DNA from: Vulcanimicrobiales bacterium
Lineage (GTDB): Bacteria > Vulcanimicrobiota > Vulcanimicrobiia > Vulcanimicrobiales > Vulcanimicrobiaceae
Reading direction: 5' to 3'
NCBI GenBank assembly: GCA_038231455.1
Contig: JBBRLI010000001.1
Location: 1-64,000, forward strand
Length of the DNA stretch: 64,000 nt
Program-made: the position numbers and the translations under genes
The notes under the pieces: generated by a model
Told to the model about the DNA's origin: nothing
Database searches by the model: none
Seen by the model: only the letters and a program-made list of their open reading frames with translations
Part shown: positions 37,880 to 47,951 of the stretch, in pieces
Numbering within the stretch: position 1 is the stretch's first letter
Layout of the letters: every line of letters starts with the position of its first letter

Positions 37880-40057
37880 ATGCTGCTACGGTTTTTTGCG
37901 GTGATCGCGTGTGCTAGTGCGTTACTCTTCGTCTCTGCTTGCGGCGGTGGTGGCGGCGGTGGCGGCGGTGCGACCCCGCCGGTAACGTCGACGACGCCGA
38001 CGCCCACACCGACGGGAGGCCCCACAAGCACGCCAACTCCGGGCATCACCGCGACGCCTGTTCCGACGGCAACGCCAACATCGGGGGGCGTCCGATACAT
38101 TCTGCCGAGCGCGAGTCCCGCGGCTCTGAGTGCAATCACGGTCGATTCCGCGCCTCGCCCGCTCGCTGTAACGCTCGATGGAGCGACGCTCGGAACGACA
38201 CCGACGACCGCGACGCCGACGTATTCACGTTCCGCACACACGCTTACGATCACGGCACCCGGGTTGGCGCCCTACGTCATCACCCTCGCACAGACGGCAA
38301 ACGGCCCACGTTCCGTTTTCTACAATTCGCTGATCGACACCCAAGGGAGGATTGCATCGATCTCAACGTCGGCGAGTGCGCGCCGCACGATGAGCGTGGG
38401 TCGATTCACGCGCGGAGCGTTGCGACCGCGGTCCTCAATCGCTTCGCGACCGTCGTTTAGCGACCAACGTTTTGTCGTCCACTACGACCCCGTACAGATC
38501 GATGCGTCCCGCACGTTCGCGCAACTCGAAGCCGCGCACGGCGTGGTGCGTGCCGCAACGCTCGCTCAATCCGCCCGCGACGTGACGCGTGTCGTCACCG
38601 TCGGCGCGGGGACGCCGCTTGCGGGAGCGCTCGCATCACTTGCCCGCGAGCGCGGGGTCACGAGCGTCGATCGCGTCCGGCTGCGCTATCCACTCGCGCC
38701 GCCGCGTGGCCCCGTCTACCCGAACGACCCGTTCTACGCCCAAGGAGCGCAGTGGTATCTCGATGCGATCGATGCGCCCGATGCGTGGAGCTACGGTTTA
38801 GGAAAGGCGACCATTTCGATCGCCGTGATCGACACGGGATACGACGTCGCGCAAACCGAGGTCGCACCCGGTGTGACGTTCTCGGAAAAAATCGTCGGCG
38901 GAACCATTGACGCGGGCGCAAATGCCGCAAATGACACCGACGGCCACGGGACGTTCGCCGCGGGCGTCGCAAGCGCCCAGACCAATAACGCCAGCGGCTA
39001 TGCGGGCGTCGCGTATGGCGCGAGCCTGCAAGTCTACAAAGTGTTCACCGATTCTGCGACGCCGACGGCGGATTCCGCCGACGTCGCAGAAGCCATCCGC
39101 GAAGCGGTCGCGCACAAAGCGAGCCTGATTCTGCTCCCACTCGGCGGAACGTCCGATGCCGGGCCCGATCCGCTCGAACGCGACGCCGTCGCATTTGCCC
39201 TGGCATCGAACATCGCCGTCATCGCGCCCTCCGGCAACGAGGGTGCAACGACGCTCGACTATCCCGCCGGATACGATGGCGTGATCTCCGTTGGCTCGTC
39301 CGCGATCAACGACACGGCCTCACCGGGAAGTGCCTTTGGCGGCGGCAACTTCGAATATGTCCCGACGTACGCGAACACCGCACCGACCCTTGGACTCGTC
39401 GCACCCGGTGGCGATCTTGCAAGCGCGACCGATTCCGATGTCATTCACGGCATCCTTAATGCATATACCACAAGGCCACTTCCGGGTCTCCCGGCATGCC
39501 CCGCCGGCACCGCGCCCGCCTCGTGCAACGTCACGCTCAGCGGGACGTCGGCCGCCGCGTCGATCGTCGCCGGCGCAAGCGCCCTGTTGCTCGCGCAAAA
39601 TCCCGCGCTGACGCCCGCACAACTCAGCCAATTACTCGATTCAACCGCAGATGACATTAAAGACGCGCGGCAGGGTCATGGCCGACTCAATCTGCACGCT
39701 GCATCGGCCGCGCTTGCCGGCGATCTCACGCCGGTGCCGGGCCCCTCGCCGCCCACCTTTAATGCATTCGTCGCCTTTGCGTACAGGAATTCGGGCGGTA
39801 CGCAGCCGCAGATCATCGACATGAACTTTCCAACCGGCGTGCGCGTCAATACGGATGGCACGTTTCGCATCGCCGACATCCCCGCGGGCGCTGCGCCGTA
39901 CAAAATCGCAGTCTGGGCCGACGCCAACGGCAATGGCAGTATCGATGCCGGTGATTCGTTTGGCGTCGTCGCGGCGAACTGCGCGGCGAGCGGGCCGTGT
40001 AGCGGCGCAAATGCCATCAACGCAAAGCGCGTTGCTGCGGGATTCACCCTCCCCTGA
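37880..40057 (+). CDS. S8 subtilisin-like serine peptidase, lipoprotein
   Basis: VSAC lipobox and PT linker; VIDTG, GHGT, SGN, SGTSAA catalytic motifs. Confidence 0.88.
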   Translation: MLLRFFAVIACASALLFVSACGGGGGGGGGATPPVTSTTPTPTPTGGPTSTPTPGITATPVPTATPTSGGVRYILPSASPAALSAITVDSAPRPLAVTLDGATLGTTPTTATPTYSRSAHTLTITAPGLAPYVITLAQTANGPRSVFYNSLIDTQGRIASISTSASARRTMSVGRFTRGALRPRSSIASRPSFSDQRFVVHYDPVQIDASRTFAQLEAAHGVVRAATLAQSARDVTRVVTVGAGTPLAGALASLARERGVTSVDRVRLRYPLAPPRGPVYPNDPFYAQGAQWYLDAIDAPDAWSYGLGKATISIAVIDTGYDVAQTEVAPGVTFSEKIVGGTIDAGANAANDTDGHGTFAAGVASAQTNNASGYAGVAYGASLQVYKVFTDSATPTADSADVAEAIREAVAHKASLILLPLGGTSDAGPDPLERDAVAFALASNIAVIAPSGNEGATTLDYPAGYDGVISVGSSAINDTASPGSAFGGGNFEYVPTYANTAPTLGLVAPGGDLASATDSDVIHGILNAYTTRPLPGLPACPAGTAPASCNVTLSGTSAAASIVAGASALLLAQNPALTPAQLSQLLDSTADDIKDARQGHGRLNLHAASAALAGDLTPVPGPSPPTFNAFVAFAYRNSGGTQPQIIDMNFPTGVRVNTDGTFRIADIPAGAAPYKIAVWADANGNGSIDAGDSFGVVAANCAASGPCSGANAINAKRVAAGFTLP

Positions 40058-42378
40058 TCCCATCACGCGCGCTCGCCCTGACCTTCCTTGCCGCGCTCGC
40101 GCCTCTGCGCGCGTCTGCTGCCGACGTACCCGGTGTCATCAGCGTCACGCAAATCTCGGCCACCCGCGCAGCGCAAGTCCTCCGCGATCTCTATCCGCAT
40201 GCAAACGTGCGGATCGACCGCTCGGCGAACGCCGTGATCGTCGTTGCATCCGAACGCGACCTTGCAGTGATGCGTGCTGTCGTCACGCAGCTGGACGTCA
40301 AGAGCCCGCTGGCGCGCGTCGCGCGTGCGATCCCACTGCACACCGTGCGTCCCTCGACACTCATCGACGAGCTCCACGTCCTCTATCCGTCGGCACGTGT
40401 CGTTGCCGCGCCGGGCGGTCACGCGCTCATCGTCGATGCGGCACCCGCCGACGCGCAAGAGATCGCGGCCCTGAGCGCCGCGATCGATACGCCCCCGCCG
40501 ACGCCGGTGAGCGCGCCGGCGCGCGCGACTGATGCATTGCGCATCACGCAAGCATCACCGACGGCGGTAGCGCGCGCGGTCGCGCAACTCGTTCCGACGG
40601 TCCATCTCGCGGTCGCCGGATCGAACGTCGTCTTTTCCGGCTCGGCGGATGATGTCGAACGGGCAAAGTCGCTCGCAGCGCGACTCGATACACCCGCTGC
40701 CGGCGTGCGCTATCCGGTCGTCTATCGCGCGCGCTACTACGACGCCACCTCGCTTGCCGCTCTGCTTAGCCGGTCGTTTCCGAACGCCAGCATCACCGTC
40801 GCGCGCGACGTCAATGCGCTCACAATCGATGCCACGAGTTCCGAGCAACGCCGTATTGCCGATGCCCTCGCGCAACTCGATACGGGACCATCTTCCTTGC
40901 CGGTTGCAGAACCGGGTACTGTCTCCGCTCCCGTTGCGGCGGGCAGCGGCACGTTTGCCGTCTATACGCTGCGCGCGGCGCTACCCGGCATCAACGGCGC
41001 CGCATCCACGAGCGCAAGCGACATCGCCACCACCGTTACGCAAGCGCTCGCGCAATCGGCGCCGGATTTGCGCATCACGGTATCCGCTAGTTCCAATCAG
41101 CTCGTTCTCTCCGGCAGCCCGCTCTCGCTGCAGCTCGCGCGCAGTCTCATCGATCAGCTCGACGTCGCGCAAAAGCTCGTCGTGCTCGACACGCAAGTGC
41201 TTGAGATCGATGAAAACGTCTCGAAGAATCTCGGGCTCTCGTTTACGAATCCGCTCATCTCGACGAACTATAGTGAAGTCTCGCCGCCGAATGACGCAAA
41301 CGGCAACCCACAGCGGCTGCTGGGCCTGGGTCCGCTCTCGCGAACGCCACTGAGTTTAGGTTTCACGCTCAACCTTGCGATCTCGCAAGGGCACGGACGC
41401 GTGCTTGCCAACCCGCGGATCACGACGATCTCCGGTCGCACGGCAACGATTCGTGCGGGCGATACGATCTCGATCCAAACGACTGCCGGCGGCGGCGCCG
41501 GGACGGTCGCAACGACGCAACTGCAGACATTTCAAACCGGCGTCACGCTCGACATCACGCCGATCGTCAACGCCGATAACTTCATCAGCGTCACGTTGCA
41601 CCCAACCGTCAACAGCAACCTCGGTCTCTTGGCGGGAATTCCGCAAATTTCGACACGCGATACCCAAACGACCGTCGCCCTGCGCGAAGACGAAACGCTC
41701 ATTATCGGCGGACTCATTCAAGAGAATGCGACGCGCACCGATACGAAGATTCCCGTACTCGGCGATCTCCCGCTACTTGGTAAAATCTTCCGCGACGGTC
41801 AAGTCAATACAACGCGCAACGAACTGATCATTACGGTCACGCCACATATTATCGATCCGAGCCGCCTGCGCGTCTCGCCGACAAATTCGGCGCCCCAAGC
41901 ACGACCGACACTTCCGCCGACGACCGTCGTTCCGGCAGAGCGTCCGGCGGTCTCTGCCGTTCCTCCGACGCGCACGATTGCAACGCCCCAGCCGGCCGCG
42001 ATAAATCCCGCACCGACGGTACCGAGCGTCGGCGGGAGCGGCTACGTGTACGGCGCTGTCCCGCCTTCGCTCGTGCTGGGAGCCGCCGAGCTACCGAAGA
42101 TCTTTTTCGTCGCGCTCACACCCTCGCTGCCCTGGGTCGGCAAGACGATCTCGGTCACGGCAATAACATCGACGAACGTACAGCGGCTTTCGCTCACGTA
42201 CGGCGGCGGGTTTACAACGCAGCTTTCGCAGTCAACGTCGGGCCGTTGGCAGGCCACGTTCGCATTTCCGCTCGCCGCCTCCGCGGCACTCGGCAGCGAT
42301 CCAAGCGTCACGCTGATCGCAACGCGCGCGGACCTCGCTGCAACGGCACGCGTCGTCGTGCCGCTCGTCAGCCCGTGA
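40054..42378 (+). CDS. Type II/III secretion-family secretin with repeated N domains and a C-terminal extension; probable CTG start
   Basis: VLANPRITTISG, TGVTLDITP, IIGGLI, KIPVLGDLPLLGKIF, ELIITVTPHI. A signal peptide is encoded in frame from CTG 40054. Confidence 0.85.
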   Translation: MIPSRALALTFLAALAPLRASAADVPGVISVTQISATRAAQVLRDLYPHANVRIDRSANAVIVVASERDLAVMRAVVTQLDVKSPLARVARAIPLHTVRPSTLIDELHVLYPSARVVAAPGGHALIVDAAPADAQEIAALSAAIDTPPPTPVSAPARATDALRITQASPTAVARAVAQLVPTVHLAVAGSNVVFSGSADDVERAKSLAARLDTPAAGVRYPVVYRARYYDATSLAALLSRSFPNASITVARDVNALTIDATSSEQRRIADALAQLDTGPSSLPVAEPGTVSAPVAAGSGTFAVYTLRAALPGINGAASTSASDIATTVTQALAQSAPDLRITVSASSNQLVLSGSPLSLQLARSLIDQLDVAQKLVVLDTQVLEIDENVSKNLGLSFTNPLISTNYSEVSPPNDANGNPQRLLGLGPLSRTPLSLGFTLNLAISQGHGRVLANPRITTISGRTATIRAGDTISIQTTAGGGAGTVATTQLQTFQTGVTLDITPIVNADNFISVTLHPTVNSNLGLLAGIPQISTRDTQTTVALREDETLIIGGLIQENATRTDTKIPVLGDLPLLGKIFRDGQVNTTRNELIITVTPHIIDPSRLRVSPTNSAPQARPTLPPTTVVPAERPAVSAVPPTRTIATPQPAAINPAPTVPSVGGSGYVYGAVPPSLVLGAAELPKIFFVALTPSLPWVGKTISVTAITSTNVQRLSLTYGGGFTTQLSQSTSGRWQATFAFPLAASAALGSDPSVTLIATRADLAATARVVVPLVSP

Positions 42379-43001
42379 AACCGCACCTCGCGATCGTCGC
42401 GTTCGCGCTAGCAGCCAGCGCATGTTCCGGTGCGAATTATAACGTGATCTCGCCGGCGACTCCGATTGGAAGTCCAACCCCGAGCCCTGCGCCGAGCGGC
42501 TCTCCGCCTCCGACGGTATGCGGCGCGGCGATCCCGGGTTCGATCCTCATCGCGGTAGGATCGTATATCGTTCCGCAGATACCGCCCGATCCCACGTACG
42601 GGACGGTAAGCGGATACGCGCTCTCCGATTCAAGCGGCAACTATGCGCTCGTCGCCCGTCCCATCGTCCTCAAGCCGAACGACGTGGTCCAATTCGTCAA
42701 TGTCGATCCGGCGCTCGCGGGCGGGGCACCTGGAACGGCGCATTCGGCAAGCGGTCTCCAATCCGAGTCGTTTCCGGTGCCGCATACGTTTTCCGCAACG
42801 GCTGCGAGTGCCACCGGCACGTCGATCGATAACAGTAGCGCTTGGTCGACCGGCGCACTCTCGGCAATCTCGAGCGCACTCTGCTATTCGCAACGCCTTC
42901 AGCTGCCGGCAAGTGGTGCGTACTACTTCGGTGACTTTACGTACTACAATTTGACCAATATGCGCGATGTGATCGTTATCTCACCGGCCGCTGCAAGTTA
43001 A
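42375..43001 (+). CDS. Lipoprotein with a cupredoxin-like C-terminal region
   Basis: ASAC lipobox; VQFVN...AHSASG...WSTG...GAYYFGD..YY...MRDVIVI; GTGA overlap with the secretin. Confidence 0.6.
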   Translation: MKPHLAIVAFALAASACSGANYNVISPATPIGSPTPSPAPSGSPPPTVCGAAIPGSILIAVGSYIVPQIPPDPTYGTVSGYALSDSSGNYALVARPIVLKPNDVVQFVNVDPALAGGAPGTAHSASGLQSESFPVPHTFSATAASATGTSIDNSSAWSTGALSAISSALCYSQRLQLPASGAYYFGDFTYYNLTNMRDVIVISPAAAS

Positions 43002-43097
43002 CGGATGATTTAAAACACGCTTCACCCGAAGGTGTGGGAGTGCGCGAGCGCAACCGTAACCAGAGCGGGGAAGCAACCTTCGATCGGGAGTTTTTTG

Positions 43098-45128
43098 ATG
43101 AAGCGTGCCGGTTTTGCGTGTGCCGTTCTAGCGACGCTCCTCCTCGCGCATCCGGGAAGTGCGACCGCGGCGACGACCAATACCATGTTCGTCGCGCGCA
43201 CGCTAAGCGGGTCGCTCGGAACCGATGCGGGTATCGATGTCACGGCGGGCGGCGTCGTTCGCATCAGCGCGAGCGGAACGCTGCGCACGTCGGGCGGCCC
43301 TTGCGGTCCCAATCTCACCCCCGACGGTTGCGCGCGTGCATTTTCACTGACACGCGAGGCAAATGCTCCCGTTGGTATGCTGCTGGTCGCGTTTGTCGAT
43401 CGCGGCGGACGCCTCATTTCATCCTGGACTCCGGTTGGGACGTTCGGCAGTGTCGCCGTCCCGCGCGGTGCGGCGCGCATGATGCTGCGCATCAACGGAC
43501 TTGCCGAGGGGACCTATGGCGCCTACAAAGTGGTCGCGAGTCTGGGCCGCAATCCACAGGACCTCGCAACGACCGGCGGCGTGCGCCGATTGCTTTCGGA
43601 AGCGCGCCAAGTCGGGACGGGCAACTCAATCCTCACGCGTAAAGTTGTGCAAAATGCACTGCGGCGATTCGGCTTTTCCGATACGCCGGCCGCCGTCACG
43701 GCCGTGTATTCGGGCGGCCTGCAAAATTGGTTTGCCGCGCAGCTGAATCCAGACACGATCGCCGATGGCGCACTGGCCGGCTATCTCACAGCAGAGCCCA
43801 ACAACACCGGCTTGCTCCAGAGGAACGACAACAACATTCTCTGCGGCTACGGCACGCTGATGACCGAGCGTCAAGTCTCATCGAAAAAGCAGTTACTCGA
43901 AAAACTGACGATGTACTGGCTGGAACACTTTTCAATCAATGGCTCGAGCACGCTCCCGGGTCCGATCGGCGAATACAACACGATCCTTCGAGCCGACGCA
44001 CTTGGGAATTTTGCTAAGCTCATCTCGGATATCGCACTTCAGCCAGCGATGCTCGACTGGCTCGGCAACAACAACAATAACGGCTCGAATCCCATCACGA
44101 ATCCGCCGAACCAAAACTTCGGTCGCGAACTCATGCAGCTCTACATCATGGGGACCGATCAGCTGAACATGGACGGCACGCAGATCTTCGATGGCACCGG
44201 TGCCGTGAAGCAAAACTACACGCAAACCGACGTCGACAACGTGTCACTCGCCCTCACGGGCTATTCATGGACCGTGCCCAATCCATTTCCGCTCGGGTTG
44301 CCGCGCAATCCGACGACGAACCCCGTCACGTTCACGGCACGCAATCATGGCAAAGGGCCTTACGCGATCATCGGCCAGACCGTCACCGATCCCGGTGATT
44401 CAACGGTCGTCACAAGCGTTATCAACTCACTCGTAGCAAATCCCTCAACCGCACCCTTTCAAGCGCGGGAAATGCTCCAACGCCTGGTGACCGAGAATCC
44501 ATCACCCGCCTACGTCAGTCGGATCGCGAGCGTCTGGGTGGCAAACGCAAACGACCCGCGCCAGATCGCAAATGTCGTCGCCGCAATCGCCGCAGACCCC
44601 GAATTCATCTCCGCGATGTCCCAACCGATGCTCAAGGAGACAACCGAATTCTACATCGACGCGATCCGAGCACTCGGCGGTGCGGCCGCAAATCCCGTGA
44701 CGGGCACCGATCTTGCTCCGCTCCAAGGCGTGCGCGCGGATCTTGAAGGAACGCAACAACTGCTCTACGATCCCGAGACCGTCTTCGGGTTCTACACGGT
44801 CGGCGACAAAGGCCCGGTCCTCAGCAACGGCCTCTTGCTCTCGCGCTACAACATGGCAGCTCGCGTCTCAAACGCGCTCCAGCTCGGCGCGCTCCCCAGT
44901 CTCAGCTCGACGCAAGGTTGCGGCGGAGCCAATAAATTCAACGTCGATGCGAGCAATCTGAGCGCGATGAACGGTATGCAACTCGCTGGCTACTTACTCG
45001 ACGCGCTGGTCGACGGCGGAAATCCCGAACTGCGCGCGCTGGTCACCAACTACATCAACAACGATCCCAAACGAGCCGCCGGTGCGGTGTACATCATCAT
45101 GTCCTCCCCGGAATACGAGGTCAACTAA
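43098..45128 (+). CDS. DUF1800 family protein with an extra N-terminal beta domain
   Basis: LRRFGF, QLLEKLTMYWLEHF, PAMLDWL, PNQNFGRELMQL, SPEY. Confidence 0.87.
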   Translation: MKRAGFACAVLATLLLAHPGSATAATTNTMFVARTLSGSLGTDAGIDVTAGGVVRISASGTLRTSGGPCGPNLTPDGCARAFSLTREANAPVGMLLVAFVDRGGRLISSWTPVGTFGSVAVPRGAARMMLRINGLAEGTYGAYKVVASLGRNPQDLATTGGVRRLLSEARQVGTGNSILTRKVVQNALRRFGFSDTPAAVTAVYSGGLQNWFAAQLNPDTIADGALAGYLTAEPNNTGLLQRNDNNILCGYGTLMTERQVSSKKQLLEKLTMYWLEHFSINGSSTLPGPIGEYNTILRADALGNFAKLISDIALQPAMLDWLGNNNNNGSNPITNPPNQNFGRELMQLYIMGTDQLNMDGTQIFDGTGAVKQNYTQTDVDNVSLALTGYSWTVPNPFPLGLPRNPTTNPVTFTARNHGKGPYAIIGQTVTDPGDSTVVTSVINSLVANPSTAPFQAREMLQRLVTENPSPAYVSRIASVWVANANDPRQIANVVAAIAADPEFISAMSQPMLKETTEFYIDAIRALGGAAANPVTGTDLAPLQGVRADLEGTQQLLYDPETVFGFYTVGDKGPVLSNGLLLSRYNMAARVSNALQLGALPSLSSTQGCGGANKFNVDASNLSAMNGMQLAGYLLDALVDGGNPELRALVTNYINNDPKRAAGAVYIIMSSPEYEVN

Positions 45129-45129
45129 G

Positions 45130-46440
45130 ATGGAATTCACCCGGCAGCGTTTTCTGTGCGGCGCATCGGCCCTCTCGCTCTCGTTCACCTCGATGATGCG
45201 CGCGCTCCAAGTCGACGCAGCGGCATCGAACACGATCCTGGTCGTCCTCTACTGCGGCGGCGGAAACGACGGTTTCAACACAATCATTCCGCTTAGCCAA
45301 TACGGGACGTACATCGGACTGCGTCCGCGAATCGGCGTCCTGCAGAGTGATATCGCCGCAGCCGGTACGGCGTTTGATGCAAACACCGCGACGCCAGCGT
45401 CATCGGCGACGACGTATGCGTTCCACCCGAAGATGACGGCGCTGCGCGCCAAGTACGCGCAAGGCAATGTTGCCGTCCTCATGGGCGGCGCGCTGCCGCC
45501 GACGGCGCCGGGTTTGCGCTCACACCCAAACGCCCAATTCGCATGGCTTACGGGCGCGATCGACAAGTATCTCGCGACGACGATCGGCTGGGCGGGCGCT
45601 GCGATCGACCAATTCAGCCCGCTCTCATCCTCGATCGCATCGATGATCTCGGTTAGCGGCAGCCAACCGATTCTCTTTGGGTCAAAGAAAAGTAGCGCGC
45701 TCTCGTTTGGCGGCACGCTCGAAGGTTTCAAACAGCCGTTCCCGGCAAATCAGCTCGCGGCCGATATCGCGACCCAGTCTGCGGACGTTACGATGCTGCA
45801 AAATTACGCGACGGCGGATCCCGCAACGGAACGCGTCCGCGGCATCAGTAGCGCGACCGGGAGCGCGCTCGGAAAAGTCGCGCAACTTGCCGGTCAGGTT
45901 ACGGCGGCGGACTACACAACGAAGTTCACCAACAGTGCCGGTGGGACGTCGACATCCGGACTTAAGACGCAACTGCAGCAGATCGCGCGACTCATCCTTG
46001 CGGGCAACGATTCCAAAGCCTACCACGCGCTACTCGGCGGCTTCGACTCGCATTCAGCGCAGCTCAGCTCGCAGCCCGATCTACTGAAATTACTCTCCGA
46101 GGCGTCCGCCGAATTCATGGATTACCTTGCCGCAAAGAATCCGGCGACGGCGCAGAACGTCATCCTGATGACGGCCTCCGAGTTCGGGCGCAAGCCGCAA
46201 GAGAACGCGAGCGCCGGCACCGATCACGGCTCATCGAGCATGCACTTCTGTATGGGCGCAAAGATCAAAGGCGGCGTCTACGGCGCCTATCCGAGCCTGC
46301 TTACCAAAGATCTCGATAGCAACGGATACGCCGCCGTCAGTTACGACTACCGGAACTACGTCGCGGATATCATCGCGACGATGGGCGCGGATCCCGTGCC
46401 GATCGTCGGCAAGTCGTATCCGAAACTCGGCTTCGTCTAA
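45130..46440 (+). CDS. DUF1501 family protein (Tat-like leader)
   Basis: GGNDGFNTIIP, RSH, GGFDSH, SEFGR...ENASAGTDHG. Confidence 0.9.
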   Translation: MEFTRQRFLCGASALSLSFTSMMRALQVDAAASNTILVVLYCGGGNDGFNTIIPLSQYGTYIGLRPRIGVLQSDIAAAGTAFDANTATPASSATTYAFHPKMTALRAKYAQGNVAVLMGGALPPTAPGLRSHPNAQFAWLTGAIDKYLATTIGWAGAAIDQFSPLSSSIASMISVSGSQPILFGSKKSSALSFGGTLEGFKQPFPANQLAADIATQSADVTMLQNYATADPATERVRGISSATGSALGKVAQLAGQVTAADYTTKFTNSAGGTSTSGLKTQLQQIARLILAGNDSKAYHALLGGFDSHSAQLSSQPDLLKLLSEASAEFMDYLAAKNPATAQNVILMTASEFGRKPQENASAGTDHGSSSMHFCMGAKIKGGVYGAYPSLLTKDLDSNGYAAVSYDYRNYVADIIATMGADPVPIVGKSYPKLGFV

Positions 46441-47858
46441 CGGGCGCGGCGGTTCACGCTTGCGGGCGCGAGCCCCGGACGGAGACGATAGACAACGCCC
46501 GCATTGTCATCGCCAACGAAGAGACTGCCCGATACGCCCACGGTCACGCCTGATGGCTGACCGACGCGGTTGCCAAACGTATCTTGGAAATTTCCGAGAA
46601 ACGAATTCCACTGCGCGCCGGGATTCGTAAAGGTCACGCTCGTCGCGGGCGTGTCGCCGTTCATGCGCACGAACGCGAGGTCGGGCTGTGCGATCGCCAC
46701 GCCGCTTGCGGATTCGTGCCAGGAGCCATGCGAGGTGACGTAGAGGCCGCGGTACGCAGCGGGGAACGCATACGCACCCGTTTGTGATGTTGGATAGACC
46801 GTCAAGCCGATGTGCGTCGAGTACGTCGGGAACTCGACGACGGGCACCGGCGCACGCGAACAATCGCTCGTCGGCCAGATGGCATTGAAGCTATGCTGGT
46901 CGTGTCGATTTTCTTCACACAGCGGCCACATATAATCGACCACCGGCGTTGCGCGCGCGGTCAGATCGTCGACCCAATCGAACGGGCGTCCGTTGAAATA
47001 CGCATCGCTCTGTGCGCCGCACGTCGTCGTTCCTTGCGGTAAGCAGTCTTGGCCGGCGCCGCCAATCCAGAGATGCTGCGAGGTCGGGTTCACGCCCATC
47101 GCAATCGCGTTTCGCACGCGCGTAGCGACGTGCGCGACGCTGCCGCCGTTGAAATCGGTCGAAAGGATTGCCGCGCGCGTCGGGTCGACTTCCGCACAGG
47201 AGTTGCAAGAGGATCCGACACTAACGTAAAGCGTCGTCTTCGAGACGGCAAGCGATGTTGTCGTATGAACGTCACCGTCGGAATTCGGCGCGATCGCACC
47301 GGTTCGCACGTTCAGAATCGGCGACGGGACGGCCGAGGCAACGCGGTCGCCGGTTTTGTACGGCACTTTGTAGACGTGATTGGTGGTCGCGATAAAAATA
47401 GCGCCCGCATCGGGGCTATAGACAACGCTGTGCGCTTTGGTATCCGGCACGGTCGCGAACACGACGGGCGCTTGCGCACCTCCGGCGTTCTCAGCGCCCG
47501 GAATGAGGTAGACGGTTCCGGCGTTCGCCAGCGTTCCGACCAGCAGGTCGCCGTTCGGAAGCGCTGCCATCTGGCGCGCCTGTGGGACATGAGCGACGAT
47601 CTGGGCATAGAATCCGCTCTGCACCGTAATCTGCGCCGGAACGGCCCCGGGCGCGACCGTGGGACCCGCGACGGGCGTTGATGAAGCGGTCGCAACGGGC
47701 GAAGGCGTTGAAGTGGGCGTTGATGTTGGCGTCGGCGCTGCGGTCGTTGAAACCGGCACCGGTGCTGGGGCACTGACGCCGCCTCCGCCCCCTCCAGAAC
47801 ACGACGTAACCGCGACTGCGACGGACAGCAAGGCACACGAGAGCAACAAGCGCTTCAT
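46437..47858 (-). CDS. Glucose/sorbosone (PQQ-type) dehydrogenase-like beta-propeller lipoprotein
   Basis: Lipobox VTSC; YVSVGSSCNSCAE, RNAIAM, HGSWH, GSLFVGDD. Confidence 0.8.
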   Translation of the reverse strand: MKRLLLSCALLSVAVAVTSCSGGGGGGVSAPAPVPVSTTAAPTPTSTPTSTPSPVATASSTPVAGPTVAPGAVPAQITVQSGFYAQIVAHVPQARQMAALPNGDLLVGTLANAGTVYLIPGAENAGGAQAPVVFATVPDTKAHSVVYSPDAGAIFIATTNHVYKVPYKTGDRVASAVPSPILNVRTGAIAPNSDGDVHTTTSLAVSKTTLYVSVGSSCNSCAEVDPTRAAILSTDFNGGSVAHVATRVRNAIAMGVNPTSQHLWIGGAGQDCLPQGTTTCGAQSDAYFNGRPFDWVDDLTARATPVVDYMWPLCEENRHDQHSFNAIWPTSDCSRAPVPVVEFPTYSTHIGLTVYPTSQTGAYAFPAAYRGLYVTSHGSWHESASGVAIAQPDLAFVRMNGDTPATSVTFTNPGAQWNSFLGNFQDTFGNRVGQPSGVTVGVSGSLFVGDDNAGVVYRLRPGLAPASVNRRAR

Positions 47859-47951
47859 GACGCTTAAATTCGGCGCATGGCGACTGGCGCCCGTGTCGAT
47901 TCGGGCAATTGCGTTTAGATCACATTAAAAATTTGTCGCGGGACGATCGCA

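Noticed and set aside
43020-43090. GCAACCGTAA...GGGGAAG, resembling cobalamin riboswitch fragments
   Set aside because: Too short, and lacks the upstream AGGGAA core and the B12 box.
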